Source of the DNA: an uncultured Bacilli bacterium
GTDB taxonomy: Bacteria > Bacillota_I > Bacilli_A > RF39 > UBA660
Direction: 5' to 3'
DNA: 60,363 nucleotides
Assembly (NCBI GenBank): GCA_934169415.1
Contig: CAKPNP010000002.1
Coordinates: forward strand, 1 to 60,363
Below are positions 1 through 9,708 of this stretch, in pieces. Within the stretch, counting starts at the first letter, position 1. Each line of letters opens with the position of its first letter. Both the position numbers and the translations under genes were made by a program. Below the pieces are notes generated by a model. That model saw nothing but the letters and a program-made list of their open reading frames with translations. It searched no databases and was not told the origin of the DNA.

Positions 1-222
1 AAATATGGAACGGTTTGGAATGATTATACAAGATATCATTTAGGAGATGCAACAACAGAAACAAAAGGATGGAATGGGGACTATATGGGTATTGTTTATG
101 ATCTTTCTTCTTGGTTTACTCGTGGTGGTCATTATGGTCGTGGCAATAGTGGTGGAATTTTTGCTTCATTATCTCAGAGTGGATATCCAACTAGTTTTTC
201 AACTCGTGCAGTTTTAAGATAA
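1..222 (+). CDS. C-terminal fragment of a CDS truncated by the window edge; function unknown
   Basis: Frame 1 is open from nt 1 to TAA 220-222 (...WFTRGGHYGRGNSGGIFASLSQSGYPTSFSTRAVLR*). A hairpin terminator follows. Confidence 0.5.
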   Translation, partial: KYGTVWNDYTRYHLGDATTETKGWNGDYMGIVYDLSSWFTRGGHYGRGNSGGIFASLSQSGYPTSFSTRAVLR

Positions 223-229
223 TCAGAAA

Positions 230-259
230 ATAAGCAAATAAGCATTATTGCTTATTTTT
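230..259 (+). terminator. Rho-independent terminator
   Basis: ATAAGCAA, 10-nt loop, TTGCTTAT stem, followed by a T-run. Confidence 0.6.
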
Positions 260-354
260 AGTTTATAATATAAAGAAATTTGAATAAGAATTGATAATTT
301 AACCTTTAAACATTCTATTTATTTAATTCTACTTTTAGTTCCTTTAAAAAAATG

Positions 355-378
355 TATATAAATTATATAATTTATATA
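355..378. promoter_or_regulatory. 10-bp inverted repeat, candidate operator of the downstream XRE regulator
   Basis: TATATAAATT-atat-AATTTATATA ends just upstream of the AAGGAGGA RBS of the CDS at 391. It is AT-only, so chance occurrence is possible. Confidence 0.25.
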
Positions 379-390
379 AAGGAGGATACT

Positions 391-1053
391 ATGAATCAAG
401 AAAAAATAGGAAAATTTATTTCAGAATTAAGAAAAGAAAAAGGTCTAACACAAGAACAACTAGCAGAAATATTGCATGTTTCAAATAAATCTGTTAGTAA
501 ATGGGAAAATGCAAGGTGTATACCAGATTTATCTTTATTTGAACCTATATGCAAAGAATTTAATATAACTATAACAGAATTATTAAATGGAGAACGTTTA
601 AATGAAAAAGAAAAAATTGATAAGATAGATAAAGGTTTGATTGATATAATTAGTCTTATTATAAAACCCGTCAAAGTTATCTTAAAATTTCTTATAATAA
701 CTTTAGCTTTTTTAATATTTTTACTTATAATTTATATATTAATAGAAGGATATAATAGTAAAAAAGTGTATTTAAAAGATGATGAATATGATGTTACAAT
801 ACTATGTAGAACAGATGGAATTTTTGACGATCATATTTTAGTTGATTTAACAAGTCGAGGTGGATATAATATTTCTGTTGATACAGTAACATTAGATGAT
901 GAAATTTATATTAAAGCATATACAGAAAAGAGGGATTATAAACACAAAAAAAGAATTAATAACTCACCTGGTATTCAAATGCTAATAGATATTAAAAAAA
1001 TAAAGATTATAAAGTATATAAGAATTCAGAACTTTTATATGATAGTATTTTAA
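391..1053 (+). CDS. XRE-family helix-turn-helix regulator with a transmembrane anchor and extracytoplasmic C-terminal domain
   Basis: MNQEKIGKFISELRKEKGLTQEQLAEILHVSNKSVSKWENARCIPD is an XRE-type HTH. A hydrophobic helix follows (ILKFLIITLAFLIFLLIIYILI). Start moved from ORF-track 352 to ATG 391 behind AAGGAGGA. Confidence 0.75.
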   Translation: MNQEKIGKFISELRKEKGLTQEQLAEILHVSNKSVSKWENARCIPDLSLFEPICKEFNITITELLNGERLNEKEKIDKIDKGLIDIISLIIKPVKVILKFLIITLAFLIFLLIIYILIEGYNSKKVYLKDDEYDVTILCRTDGIFDDHILVDLTSRGGYNISVDTVTLDDEIYIKAYTEKRDYKHKKRINNSPGIQMLIDIKKIKIIKYIRIQNFYMIVF

Positions 1054-1120
1054 ATATAGAAAAATGTACAGATTAATATCAAAAAAAAATTAAAATCATA
1101 TTATATACTAGGTGATTATA

Positions 1121-1498
1121 ATGGATTTTAATAATGAAATATTTACTTATATTTTAAAACAATACATGAAAGGTAAAAAAGATAGTTTAATTTTTATATT
1201 AATGTACTTAAGAAATCTTATATTAGATAAAATTATTAAATATAATTTAGACAGTGGTTATGTTGATATTATAGTTAATATGATAGTAGAAGGAATCGAT
1301 AATTACTCGTTTGAAAAAGCTATTCCATTTTCTAAATATATAGATTATTATTTAGATATTAGATTACATATATATATAAGTGATAATAAAAATAAAGAGG
1401 ATATTATATATGATGAATATATAAAAAATTATATAAACATCTTAAAGTCAGATATTACAGGCAAAGAAATAGATAAAACTTTAATAAAAATGATTTAA
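1121..1498 (+). CDS. hypothetical protein (125 aa)
   Basis: ATG 1121 lies 6 nt after AGGTG (ORF-track GTG 1112 sits inside the RBS). No recognisable motif. Confidence 0.45.
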   Translation: MDFNNEIFTYILKQYMKGKKDSLIFILMYLRNLILDKIIKYNLDSGYVDIIVNMIVEGIDNYSFEKAIPFSKYIDYYLDIRLHIYISDNKNKEDIIYDEYIKNYINILKSDITGKEIDKTLIKMI

Positions 1499-1573
1499 AA
1501 GTCTTGCATTTGTTATTAAAAAATGATATTCTTTAATTGTAGCAGGATAGCTACTTACATAGGAGGTAAACAA

Positions 1574-1846
1574 ATGTCAAAACAAGATTTAGTAAATTTT
1601 ATAGCTGAAGAAGCTGGACTTACAAAAGCTGACGCTACTCGTGCTTTAGATGCTATGCAAAAAGGTGTAACAGAAGGATTAAAAAATGAAGGTAAAGTTA
1701 CTTTAACTGGTTTCGTTACATTCCAAGCTAAAGCAAAAGAAGCTAAAGTTGGTAGAAATCCAAAAACTGGTGAAGCTGTTAATATTCCTGCAAAAACAGC
1801 TGTTACAATTAAAGCTGGTTCTAAATTAAAAGAAGCTTTAAACTAA
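1574..1846 (+). CDS. hup: DNA-binding protein HU
   Basis: 90 aa: MSKQDLVNFIAEEAGLTKADATRALDA...GRNPKTGEAVNIPA. ATG 1574 follows AGGAGG and a strong terminator lies downstream. Confidence 0.95.
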   Translation: MSKQDLVNFIAEEAGLTKADATRALDAMQKGVTEGLKNEGKVTLTGFVTFQAKAKEAKVGRNPKTGEAVNIPAKTAVTIKAGSKLKEALN

Positions 1847-1849
1847 TTT

Positions 1850-1875
1850 AAACTGTTAACTGTTTAACAGTTTTT
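1850..1875 (+). terminator. Rho-independent terminator of hup
   Basis: AAACTGTTAA-ctgt-TTAACAGTTT 10-bp stem plus T-run. Confidence 0.8.
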
Positions 1876-1906
1876 ATTTTTGTGATAAAATATATTTGGT
1901 GATTTT

Positions 1907-2449
1907 ATGTTTATACATCCGTATAGTGATAAAATAATAGAAAAATTAAGAAATGAAAATTTTTGTGGGATACCATTATCTATAGTTTTGTTATCAAGTA
2001 AAATGTGTAAAGGGTATTGTCATTACATGTCAGCACAATTAACTAAGGTATTACCTAATTTTAAATATGTTACTGCAGATATAACATATGGTGATGAATT
2101 AATTAATCATACATGGGTTGAAGTTGATAATACAGTATATGATGTAACTGACTCTGGTACTTGGGATAAAGAAATATATTATGCTATTTATAAACCTAAA
2201 ATAATTAGTGTATATGATGAAAATAACATTAACACTTCTAACTTATATAAAATGGGTATTTCGCTTGGAAATGATAAATATGATATTGATATAGAACTTC
2301 TTTTAGCTATAATTAAATTATCAGAAAAAGAATCAGAATTTTATGATTTACTTTTAAGAGAAATTGAGTTATATAGAAAAAATAATAATATGACCAAGGA
2401 ATATTATCTACCTTATTTAGAAAAGCAATCTAAAAAAATATTTGGATAG
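1907..2449 (+). CDS. hypothetical protein with a transglutaminase-like Cys/His/Asp signature
   Basis: KGYCHYMSAQL ... NHTWVEVDNTVYDVTD resembles the transglutaminase-core pattern (C ... HAWVEV ... D). RBS is GGTGAT. Confidence 0.5.
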   Translation: MFIHPYSDKIIEKLRNENFCGIPLSIVLLSSKMCKGYCHYMSAQLTKVLPNFKYVTADITYGDELINHTWVEVDNTVYDVTDSGTWDKEIYYAIYKPKIISVYDENNINTSNLYKMGISLGNDKYDIDIELLLAIIKLSEKESEFYDLLLREIELYRKNNNMTKEYYLPYLEKQSKKIFG

Positions 2450-2453
2450 TAAT

Positions 2454-3116
2454 ATGTATGAAGTTGCTTTAGATGTATTAAAAAAAATTAATGAAAATAA
2501 TTTAGAGGCTTATATAGTAGGTGGATATGCAAGGGATAAATATTTAGGCATAGAGTCTTTTGATATAGATATTACAACACAGGCTAAATATGATGATTTA
2601 ATTTTAATATTTGGAAATAATATAGTAAAAAAAGGTTTTTTAAGTTACTCTTTATCATATAAAAATTATGAATTTGATATAACTTCATTTAGAAAAGAAA
2701 TAAGTTATTCTAAAAATAGATTTCCTAAAGTTATATATACCGATTCATTTATAATGGATTTAGGAAGAAGAGACTTTGTTATTAATACATTATGCATTGA
2801 TAAAAACGGAAAATATATAGATTTAATGGGGGCTAAAGAAGATTTGGATAACAAATTAATTAGATGTGTTTTAAACAGCAATAAAAAAATAAGTGAAGAT
2901 ATTTTAAGAAGTTTAAGAGCTGTTAGGTTTGCAACTATTTTAAATTTTAAGTTAGATGATGAACTATTTAATTCAATAAAAAAGTATGGATATTTATTAA
3001 GTAATTTATCTAATAAAAGAAAAGAATTTGAATTAAATAAAATACTTAATAGTAAGAATAAAGATTATGGCATTAATTTATTAAAAGAATTAGATATTTT
3101 AAAATATTTAAACTAA
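2454..3116 (+). CDS. cca: class II tRNA nucleotidyltransferase / poly(A) polymerase family protein, head and neck only (220 aa)
   Basis: Catalytic motifs are present: GGYARDKYLG, FDIDITT, RRDFVINTLC, EDILRSLRAVRFA. The ORF ends right after them and gpmI follows. The start could also be TTG 2442. Confidence 0.8.
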   Translation: MYEVALDVLKKINENNLEAYIVGGYARDKYLGIESFDIDITTQAKYDDLILIFGNNIVKKGFLSYSLSYKNYEFDITSFRKEISYSKNRFPKVIYTDSFIMDLGRRDFVINTLCIDKNGKYIDLMGAKEDLDNKLIRCVLNSNKKISEDILRSLRAVRFATILNFKLDDELFNSIKKYGYLLSNLSNKRKEFELNKILNSKNKDYGINLLKELDILKYLN

Positions 3117-3148
3117 AAAGGTGTTATAATAATATGGGAGATGATTAT

Positions 3149-4618
3149 ATGAAACCAATAGTACTTGCAATAATGGATGGAGTAGGATTAAGAGATGAAA
3201 GTTTTGGTAATGCTTATAAATTAGCTGATACGAAAACTCTCGATTACCTATTTAATAAATATAATAGTTCTAAACTAGAAGCAAGTGGAGTAGAAGTAGG
3301 ACTTCCTCTTGGTCAAATGGGAAATAGCGAAGTAGGACACTGTAATATAGGTGCTGGTAGAATAGTTTATCAAGCAATACAAAGAATAAATAATGATATA
3401 GCAAATGGTACTTTTAAAACAAAAGAAAATTTATTAGAAATGATAGAGTATGTTAAAAAAAATAATTCAAGATTACATTTGATGGGATTAGTATCTGATG
3501 GTGGAGTTCATTCTTCATTAAGTCATATTCAAGCATTAATTGATTTATGTGATTCTAATAATATAAAATTTTATTTACACGTATTTACAGATGGAAGAGA
3601 TACTTTAAAAAATAGTAGTTTAAGTTATATAAATAAATTAGATTTAAAAAGTGGTGTAATTGCTACTGTTTCTGGTAGATATTATGCTATGGATAGAGAT
3701 AATAGATATGATAGAGTAAAAAAATGCTATGATGTTTTAACTGGAAATAGTACTGTTAAATATGATTCTATTGATTCTGCAATTAATAAAAATTATGAAA
3801 ATGATGTTACAGATGAATTTATAATTCCTGGGATAATTGATGAATCTGGAACTTTAAGAGAAAATGATGGAGTTATATTATTTAATTTTAGACCAGATAG
3901 AAATAGAGAAATAGGTTCTAGTTTATCTAATAAAGATTTTAAAGGTTTTGAAGTTAATAAAACATATAAGGTTTTAACTATGATGCCTGTAAGTGATGAA
4001 GTTATAAATAAAACTATATATGATCTTGAAGAAGTTGATAACACTTTAGGTGAATATATTTCTAAGAAAGGTTTAAAACAATTAAGAATAGCAGAAACTG
4101 AAAAGTATGCACATGTTACTTATTTCTTTGATGGTGGTAAAGAATTAGATTTACCTAATTGTGATAGAATTTTAATCCCGTCACCTCGTGTAGCTACATA
4201 CGATTTAGCACCTAGTATGAGTGCTATTGAAATAACTGATAAATTAATACCTATAATGGGTAATTATGATTTAGTTATTTTAAACTTTGCTAATGGTGAT
4301 ATGGTAGGACATACTGGAGTTTTAAAAGAGGCTATTAAAGCTATGGAAACTGTTGATAGTTGTATTAAAAGAATATATGATGAAATAGTTAAATTAGATG
4401 GTACATTAATAATTACAGCGGATCATGGAAATTGTGAAGAAATGATTGATTCTTCTGGGAATATATTAACTAGTCATACAACAAATAAAGTTCCATTTTT
4501 AATAACTAGAAATTATGATTTAAAAGATGGTAAACTATCTGATATAGCTCCAACTATATTAACACTTTTGAATCTTGAAATTCCAAGTGAAATGACTGGT
4601 AATGTTTTAATAAAATAG
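3149..4618 (+). CDS. gpmI: 2,3-bisphosphoglycerate-independent phosphoglycerate mutase
   Basis: MKPIVLAIMDGVG, GNSEVGHCNIGAGR, ITADHGNCE. ATG 3149 lies 8 nt after GGAG (alternative ATG 3134). Confidence 0.95.
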   Translation: MKPIVLAIMDGVGLRDESFGNAYKLADTKTLDYLFNKYNSSKLEASGVEVGLPLGQMGNSEVGHCNIGAGRIVYQAIQRINNDIANGTFKTKENLLEMIEYVKKNNSRLHLMGLVSDGGVHSSLSHIQALIDLCDSNNIKFYLHVFTDGRDTLKNSSLSYINKLDLKSGVIATVSGRYYAMDRDNRYDRVKKCYDVLTGNSTVKYDSIDSAINKNYENDVTDEFIIPGIIDESGTLRENDGVILFNFRPDRNREIGSSLSNKDFKGFEVNKTYKVLTMMPVSDEVINKTIYDLEEVDNTLGEYISKKGLKQLRIAETEKYAHVTYFFDGGKELDLPNCDRILIPSPRVATYDLAPSMSAIEITDKLIPIMGNYDLVILNFANGDMVGHTGVLKEAIKAMETVDSCIKRIYDEIVKLDGTLIITADHGNCEEMIDSSGNILTSHTTNKVPFLITRNYDLKDGKLSDIAPTILTLLNLEIPSEMTGNVLIK

Positions 4619-4632
4619 TATATAACTTTTAT

Positions 4633-4662
4633 AAAGTACGATTGATAAAATTGTACTTTTTT
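4633..4662 (+). terminator. Rho-independent terminator of gpmI
   Basis: AAAGTAC, 13-nt loop, GTACTTT plus T-run. An extended -10 (TGtTATAAT, 4662-4670) for dus follows. Confidence 0.6.
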
Positions 4663-4686
4663 GTTATAATTAACTAGGTGATTTTA

Positions 4687-5649
4687 ATGTTTAAAATAGG
4701 CAACGTAGAGATAAAAAATAATGTTATTCTAGCTCCTATGGCAGGAATATGTGATAGTGCAGAAAGAAGAATTGCTAAAGAGTTTGGTGCAGGATTAGTA
4801 GTATGTGAGATGGTATCAGATAAAGCAATATATTATAATAGTAAAAAAACTATTGATATGCTCTATATGCGTGAAGAAGAAAGACCAATTTCACAACAAA
4901 TATTTGGTTCTGATGTTGATTCTTTTGTATATGCCGCAAAATACATAGAAGAACATATGCATCCTGATATAATCGATATAAATATGGGGTGTCCAGTACC
5001 TAAAGTTGCTATTAAAAGTCAAGCTGGTAGTGCCCTTTTAAAAAATCCAGATAAGGTTTATGAAATAGTTAAAAAAGTAGTAGAGGCAGTTAAAGTTCCA
5101 GTTACTGTAAAAATCAGAAGTGGATGGGATAGTAATTCGATAAATGCAGTAGAGATTGCTAAAATAGTTGAAAAAGCTGGTGCTAGTGCTATAACTGTTC
5201 ATCCAAGAACAAGAGCTCAAGGATATACTGGATTATCTGATTGGAGTATAATAAAAGCTGTAAAAGAAAGTGTTAAGATACCTGTAATAGGTAATGGTGA
5301 TATTAAGACTTGTTATGATGCTAAAAGAATGATTTTAGAAACTAATTGTGATGCAGTTATGATAGGCCGTGGGGCAATAGGTAACCCTTGGCTTATTAGA
5401 CAGTGTCTTGAGTATTTATCAGGTAATTTAGTTACTTATCCTACTAAAGATGAAATACTGGATTTATTATTAAAACATTTAGAATATTCATTAGAATATA
5501 AAACCGAAAAAAATGCAATACTTTCTTTAAGAACACAGATTGGTTATTATTTAAAAGGTTTTAACAAAGAATATAAAAACAGATTTATGAAAGTAGAAAC
5601 TAAAGAAGAATTTATAGCTTTAGTAGGTGAGATTAGAAATGATATTTAA
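4687..5649 (+). CDS. dus: tRNA-dihydrouridine synthase
   Basis: LAPMAGICDSAERRIAKEFGAG, DINMGCPV, HPRTRAQGY. ATG 4687 follows AGGTGA. It lies upstream of lysS as in B. subtilis. Confidence 0.9.
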   Translation: MFKIGNVEIKNNVILAPMAGICDSAERRIAKEFGAGLVVCEMVSDKAIYYNSKKTIDMLYMREEERPISQQIFGSDVDSFVYAAKYIEEHMHPDIIDINMGCPVPKVAIKSQAGSALLKNPDKVYEIVKKVVEAVKVPVTVKIRSGWDSNSINAVEIAKIVEKAGASAITVHPRTRAQGYTGLSDWSIIKAVKESVKIPVIGNGDIKTCYDAKRMILETNCDAVMIGRGAIGNPWLIRQCLEYLSGNLVTYPTKDEILDLLLKHLEYSLEYKTEKNAILSLRTQIGYYLKGFNKEYKNRFMKVETKEEFIALVGEIRNDI

Positions 5650-6196
5650 AAGATTTTGTGCATACTTAATTGATATTTTAATAATATTTAGTTTAACTTT
5701 TTTTATAGATACTACGTTTAAAAACGAATATGATTTAGAATTATCTATATTAAATCAAAGATTATTTGAAAATAGAATTGATAAAAAAGAATACTTTGAA
5801 AGTTATAAACATCTAATACATGAAAGTGATAAAAAAGATATTGGTGTAAATATAGCATCAACTGTAATCATTATAATATTTACAGTACTTATTCCATATT
5901 GTATGAATACTACTATAGGATATAAAATATTTAAATTAAAAATATGTAGTGATAATGTATTAACTAAAAATGATTTGATTGGCAGAAGTGTTTTACTATA
6001 TGGATTAGGCTTTATGTTATTTATGTTTATGATACTTTATATACCAAATGATAATATTTATTTTATTTTAATAAATTTATTTTCATTTTTACAACTTTTA
6101 GTAGTAATTATAAGTGCTTTTATGGTATTATATAGTTATAAACATTTATCTATTGCTGATAGATTTACAAATACGAGAATTGAGGAGATAAAATGA
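5639..6196 (+). CDS. RDD-family integral membrane protein
   Basis: Several hydrophobic helices and a C-terminal ADRFTNTRI motif. ATG 5639 follows AGGTGA. Its TGA stop overlaps the lysS ATG. Confidence 0.65.
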   Translation: MIFKRFCAYLIDILIIFSLTFFIDTTFKNEYDLELSILNQRLFENRIDKKEYFESYKHLIHESDKKDIGVNIASTVIIIIFTVLIPYCMNTTIGYKIFKLKICSDNVLTKNDLIGRSVLLYGLGFMLFMFMILYIPNDNIYFILINLFSFLQLLVVIISAFMVLYSYKHLSIADRFTNTRIEEIK

Positions 6197-7668
6197 GAGA
6201 ATTAAGTGAACAAGAAATAGTTAGACGTGAAAAACTATCTGAGATTGCTAAGGTATGTAATCCATATCCTGACAAATATAAGAGAACTCACTATTTAAAA
6301 GATGCTAAATTTTTAGCTGATGGAGTTAGTGATGTTAGTGTAGCAGGCAGAATAATATTCACAAGAAAAATGGGAAAATTAAGTTTTGTTAGAATTAGAG
6401 ACTTAGAAGGGGATTTACAATTAGAATTTAAAATTGATGAAGTAGGTCCTGAAAATTATGAATTCTTTAAAAAACAAATAGATTCTGGAGATTTTATAGG
6501 TGTAACTGGTGAAATGTTTACAACACAAACAGGTGAGAAAACTCTAAGAGTTAAAACTTTTAAATTTTTAGGTAAAGCTCTAAGACCATTACCAGAAAAA
6601 TTCCACGGTTTAAATGACACTGAAATGAAATATAGACAAAGATATGTTGATTTAATATCAAACGAAGAATCTAGAAATGTATTTTTAGGTAGAAGTAAAT
6701 TTTATGCATTTGTCCATAAATTTTTAGGTGAAAATGGATTTTTACAAGTTGAAACACCAATTATGCAAACAGCAGTATGTGGTGCTGCAGCTAAACCCTT
6801 TTTTACACATCATAATGCGCTAGATTTAGATATGAATCTTAGAATAGCACCTGAAACTTATTTAAAACAATTAATAGCTGGTGGATTTGATAAGGTATAT
6901 GAAGTTGCTAAATGTTTTAGAAATGAAGGGATGGATAAAGAACATCTACAAGAATTTACTCAAATAGAATGGTATGCTTCATATTGGAATTTTGAAGATA
7001 ATATTAACTTTTATCAAAAATTTATAAAAAATTTATTATTAGAATTAAAAGGAACTACTACTATAGAATATCAAGGTAATTTATTAGATTTTGGTAAGGA
7101 AAATTGGGATAGAATTAACTATGTAGAAGAAATGAATAAAGTATTTGGTTTTGATTTCTTATCAATTACTGATCCAACAGAATTAAAAAATAAGATAATT
7201 GAAAATAATTTATTTAGTAGTGAAGATTTAGAAGAATATAAATCACTTAGTCAAATAATAGATTTTGTATATAAAAGAAAAATAAGAGAAAATATAATTC
7301 AACCAACAATTTTATATAATTATCCAGCAGTTTTAATCCCACTAGCTAGAAGAAATGATAATGATTCTAGAGTTATAGATGTATTCCAAGTTGTAGCTTG
7401 TGGAACAGAGTTATGTAAAGCATATTCTGAATTAGTAAATCCAGAAATTCAAAGAAAGAATTTTGAAGAACAAGCTAAAGCTAAAATGCAAGGTGATGAT
7501 GAAACTATGGATTTAGATGAAGATTTTATGGATGCTATGGAACAAGGAATGCCTCCAATTTCAGGTTTAGGTTTTGGAATTGATAGATTAATGATGTTAA
7601 TATATAATCAAGATTCAATAAGAGATGTTGTATTATTCCCAACTATGAAACCTGTGGATAAAAAGTAG
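6193..7668 (+). CDS. lysS: lysine--tRNA ligase (class II)
   Basis: OB-fold N-terminus, CFRNEGMD motif 2 region, GLGFGIDRLMML motif 3, RBS GAGGAG. Confidence 0.95.
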   Translation: MRELSEQEIVRREKLSEIAKVCNPYPDKYKRTHYLKDAKFLADGVSDVSVAGRIIFTRKMGKLSFVRIRDLEGDLQLEFKIDEVGPENYEFFKKQIDSGDFIGVTGEMFTTQTGEKTLRVKTFKFLGKALRPLPEKFHGLNDTEMKYRQRYVDLISNEESRNVFLGRSKFYAFVHKFLGENGFLQVETPIMQTAVCGAAAKPFFTHHNALDLDMNLRIAPETYLKQLIAGGFDKVYEVAKCFRNEGMDKEHLQEFTQIEWYASYWNFEDNINFYQKFIKNLLLELKGTTTIEYQGNLLDFGKENWDRINYVEEMNKVFGFDFLSITDPTELKNKIIENNLFSSEDLEEYKSLSQIIDFVYKRKIRENIIQPTILYNYPAVLIPLARRNDNDSRVIDVFQVVACGTELCKAYSELVNPEIQRKNFEEQAKAKMQGDDETMDLDEDFMDAMEQGMPPISGLGFGIDRLMMLIYNQDSIRDVVLFPTMKPVDKK

Positions 7669-7677
7669 GTGATTAAA

Positions 7678-9702
7678 TTGAAAAAAGTATTTTATAGTTT
7701 AGCTATTTTCTTAAGTATATTTATAATAAATGTAAATGTAGTTAAAGCTGAGAAATATGTTTGTGTATATACATATACAGAAAATGGCAAAAATTTAACT
7801 TATTATGTAGATATGAATGATGAGTCTACAGAGTCTCCTAAAGTAAAAGTTTTCTCAACAATTTCTAAAGAAAATAGTTTAGACGGTGAGCAACATACAA
7901 AAAGTGGAACTAAGTGGAGTATACAAAACTGGGAAAACGCAGATGGTGTAGTATCCCCTTCAATATCATTTAAAGAAAGTAATGGAACTTGTCCTAGTTA
8001 TTTGGTGTATAGACCAAATGCTGATGGTAACAAAGATTATTTATATTTTTCAACAAGCATAGTAAGTGTAAATGGGTATTATACTTTTAAACCAATAAGT
8101 AATATACCAGATTGTACTTATGTTGGGCAAACTAATGATGATCATTCTAGTATATTACCAGGTGCAGTTTTAAATGTGTGGTATAACAATGGAAGTTTAA
8201 TATATAATTTAACTGCTACTGATAAATTTTATAATTATGATCAAAATTATGATATAAATACTGGTTCATTTAAAGAAAACAGTGAATTAAAACAGTATAT
8301 AATAAAAACATTTTCTAACAAGAAGAAAAATGGGGATTATACATTAGAATCAAATGGTGGTATAAATGTTAATTTTTCTAATAGAAATAGTTTCATTACT
8401 GAATATAAGCAATCATATTTAGAAACAAATAAAGAAAATGGCAACTGTCCAACTATGCCATTTACCTTTTCTGATTATACATATTCATTTACAGTTGATG
8501 CAGGAGATTCATCAAGCCCTAATCCACATTTTGAATTTGAAAAAATGGATTTTGAAAATAACATCACAAAAGAAGATATATTAACTTGTGGCCCATATAG
8601 AAAAACTATTTTAGGTGAAAAAACTAACTTAGATAATGTGATTATTGATTTCTATTTTAAAAAAAATAAATTAACTAACTCATATAGTTATTCATATTAT
8701 ATTGAAAATTTAAATGGTAAAGAATATAGAGATGAACAAACTTTAAATGATCCATATAGTTCCTCTTATACAAATCTTATTTTATATTATGCAAGTAGTT
8801 ATTATCATTTTGGAATTAGTGCGGAATCTTATGGAAAATATATTTCAGCACTTGATAATGGTTCATGTCCTAATCAAAATGATGTTAATCTTGATTACTC
8901 AGATCCTAGAGCTATGTATTTGACTTTAAAAAAAAGTGATAAGACAGATACATATGATACTACATTTAGGGAATATTTAGGAGGACTTAAGAATCCATTA
9001 AGTATATATGCACCAAAGGCATTAGATTATACTTTAACTGTTGGAGGTTTACCTACAATATTAAGTAGTATAGATGCAAATGATAAATTTTGTACTTCTA
9101 CTGAATGTGCTTCTAATGCAGGACAATATACAATAATAGCAATAGAAAAAATTAAAAAATATTGTTCAAGTGTATACAGGTATGAATCTAATAACACTGT
9201 TAAAAAGGCTGAATGTACATCTTTTACTAATTTCTTAAATAATCTTGTAAATGATGGAGTTTTGAGTTTAGATGATATAAGTACAGGATGTGGATTTGTA
9301 ACAGGAGGTTTATCTAAAGAAATAAATAAAATATTTAATATTATTAAAGTAGCAGGACCATTACTTGCTGTATTACTTGGAATGATTGATTTTGCTAAAG
9401 CAGTTGCATCTGGTGATGCAAATAAAGAAATGAAAGATGCAAGTAAGAGATTTATAAGAAGATTAATAGCAGCAGCTTTATTGTTTATTGTTCCAACTTT
9501 ACTAGCATTCTTAATTAATATATTTATAGGTGATAAATTAGAAGAGGATGTATATTGTGATTTATTTGATAATACTATAAGTAATGGTAGACCTACAGGT
9601 GGCAATATTAATCATGGTACTTCAACAGGTGGTGCTTCAGGCGGTACTTCAAGTGGTAGTTCAGGTGGAATTTCCTCTCCAAATATAAATAGATTGGATT
9701 AG
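7678..9702 (+). CDS. secreted Cys-rich protein with a C-terminal two-helix membrane hairpin and a Gly/Ser/Thr tail
   Basis: TTG 7678 follows AGGTGAT. Signal peptide KKVFYSLAIFLSIFIINVNVVKA. NGxCP recurs three times. The C-terminus reads VAGPLLAVLLGMIDFAKAV...LIAAALLFIVPTLLAFLINIF followed by GGNINHGTSTGGASGGTSSGSSGG. Confidence 0.7.
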   Translation: MKKVFYSLAIFLSIFIINVNVVKAEKYVCVYTYTENGKNLTYYVDMNDESTESPKVKVFSTISKENSLDGEQHTKSGTKWSIQNWENADGVVSPSISFKESNGTCPSYLVYRPNADGNKDYLYFSTSIVSVNGYYTFKPISNIPDCTYVGQTNDDHSSILPGAVLNVWYNNGSLIYNLTATDKFYNYDQNYDINTGSFKENSELKQYIIKTFSNKKKNGDYTLESNGGINVNFSNRNSFITEYKQSYLETNKENGNCPTMPFTFSDYTYSFTVDAGDSSSPNPHFEFEKMDFENNITKEDILTCGPYRKTILGEKTNLDNVIIDFYFKKNKLTNSYSYSYYIENLNGKEYRDEQTLNDPYSSSYTNLILYYASSYYHFGISAESYGKYISALDNGSCPNQNDVNLDYSDPRAMYLTLKKSDKTDTYDTTFREYLGGLKNPLSIYAPKALDYTLTVGGLPTILSSIDANDKFCTSTECASNAGQYTIIAIEKIKKYCSSVYRYESNNTVKKAECTSFTNFLNNLVNDGVLSLDDISTGCGFVTGGLSKEINKIFNIIKVAGPLLAVLLGMIDFAKAVASGDANKEMKDASKRFIRRLIAAALLFIVPTLLAFLINIFIGDKLEEDVYCDLFDNTISNGRPTGGNINHGTSTGGASGGTSSGSSGGISSPNINRLD

Positions 9703-9708
9703 AAAAAT

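Noticed and set aside
396-674. Short ORF-track entries lying antisense inside well-supported genes. These are 396-674, 3793-4044, 5038-5220, 9699-9920, 14304-14564, 18735-18986, 23824-24012, 27057-27275, 36355-36543, 36676-36864, 42580-42807, 51794-51997, 52347-52649, 54517-54753, 54832-55125, 56627-56821 and 59293-59499.
   Set aside because: Each is fully embedded opposite a gene with clear family motifs. None has an RBS, and all give the Leu/Ile/Phe/Ser-rich translation expected from the reverse strand of AT-rich coding DNA.
9027-9605. 192-aa antisense ORF inside the 7678-9702 gene, and a 119-aa ORF (13249-13608) antisense to the AI-2E transporter.
   Set aside because: They are long only because the sense strand lacks the complements of stop codons in that frame. 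There is no RBS or start context, and the sense genes have a signal peptide or TM architecture and RBSs.
9560-9702. Gly/Ser/Thr-rich C-terminal tail of the 7678 gene as a sortase or S-layer anchoring signal.
   Set aside because: There is no LPxTG-like motif, and no hydrophobic or positively charged stop-transfer segment follows the tail.
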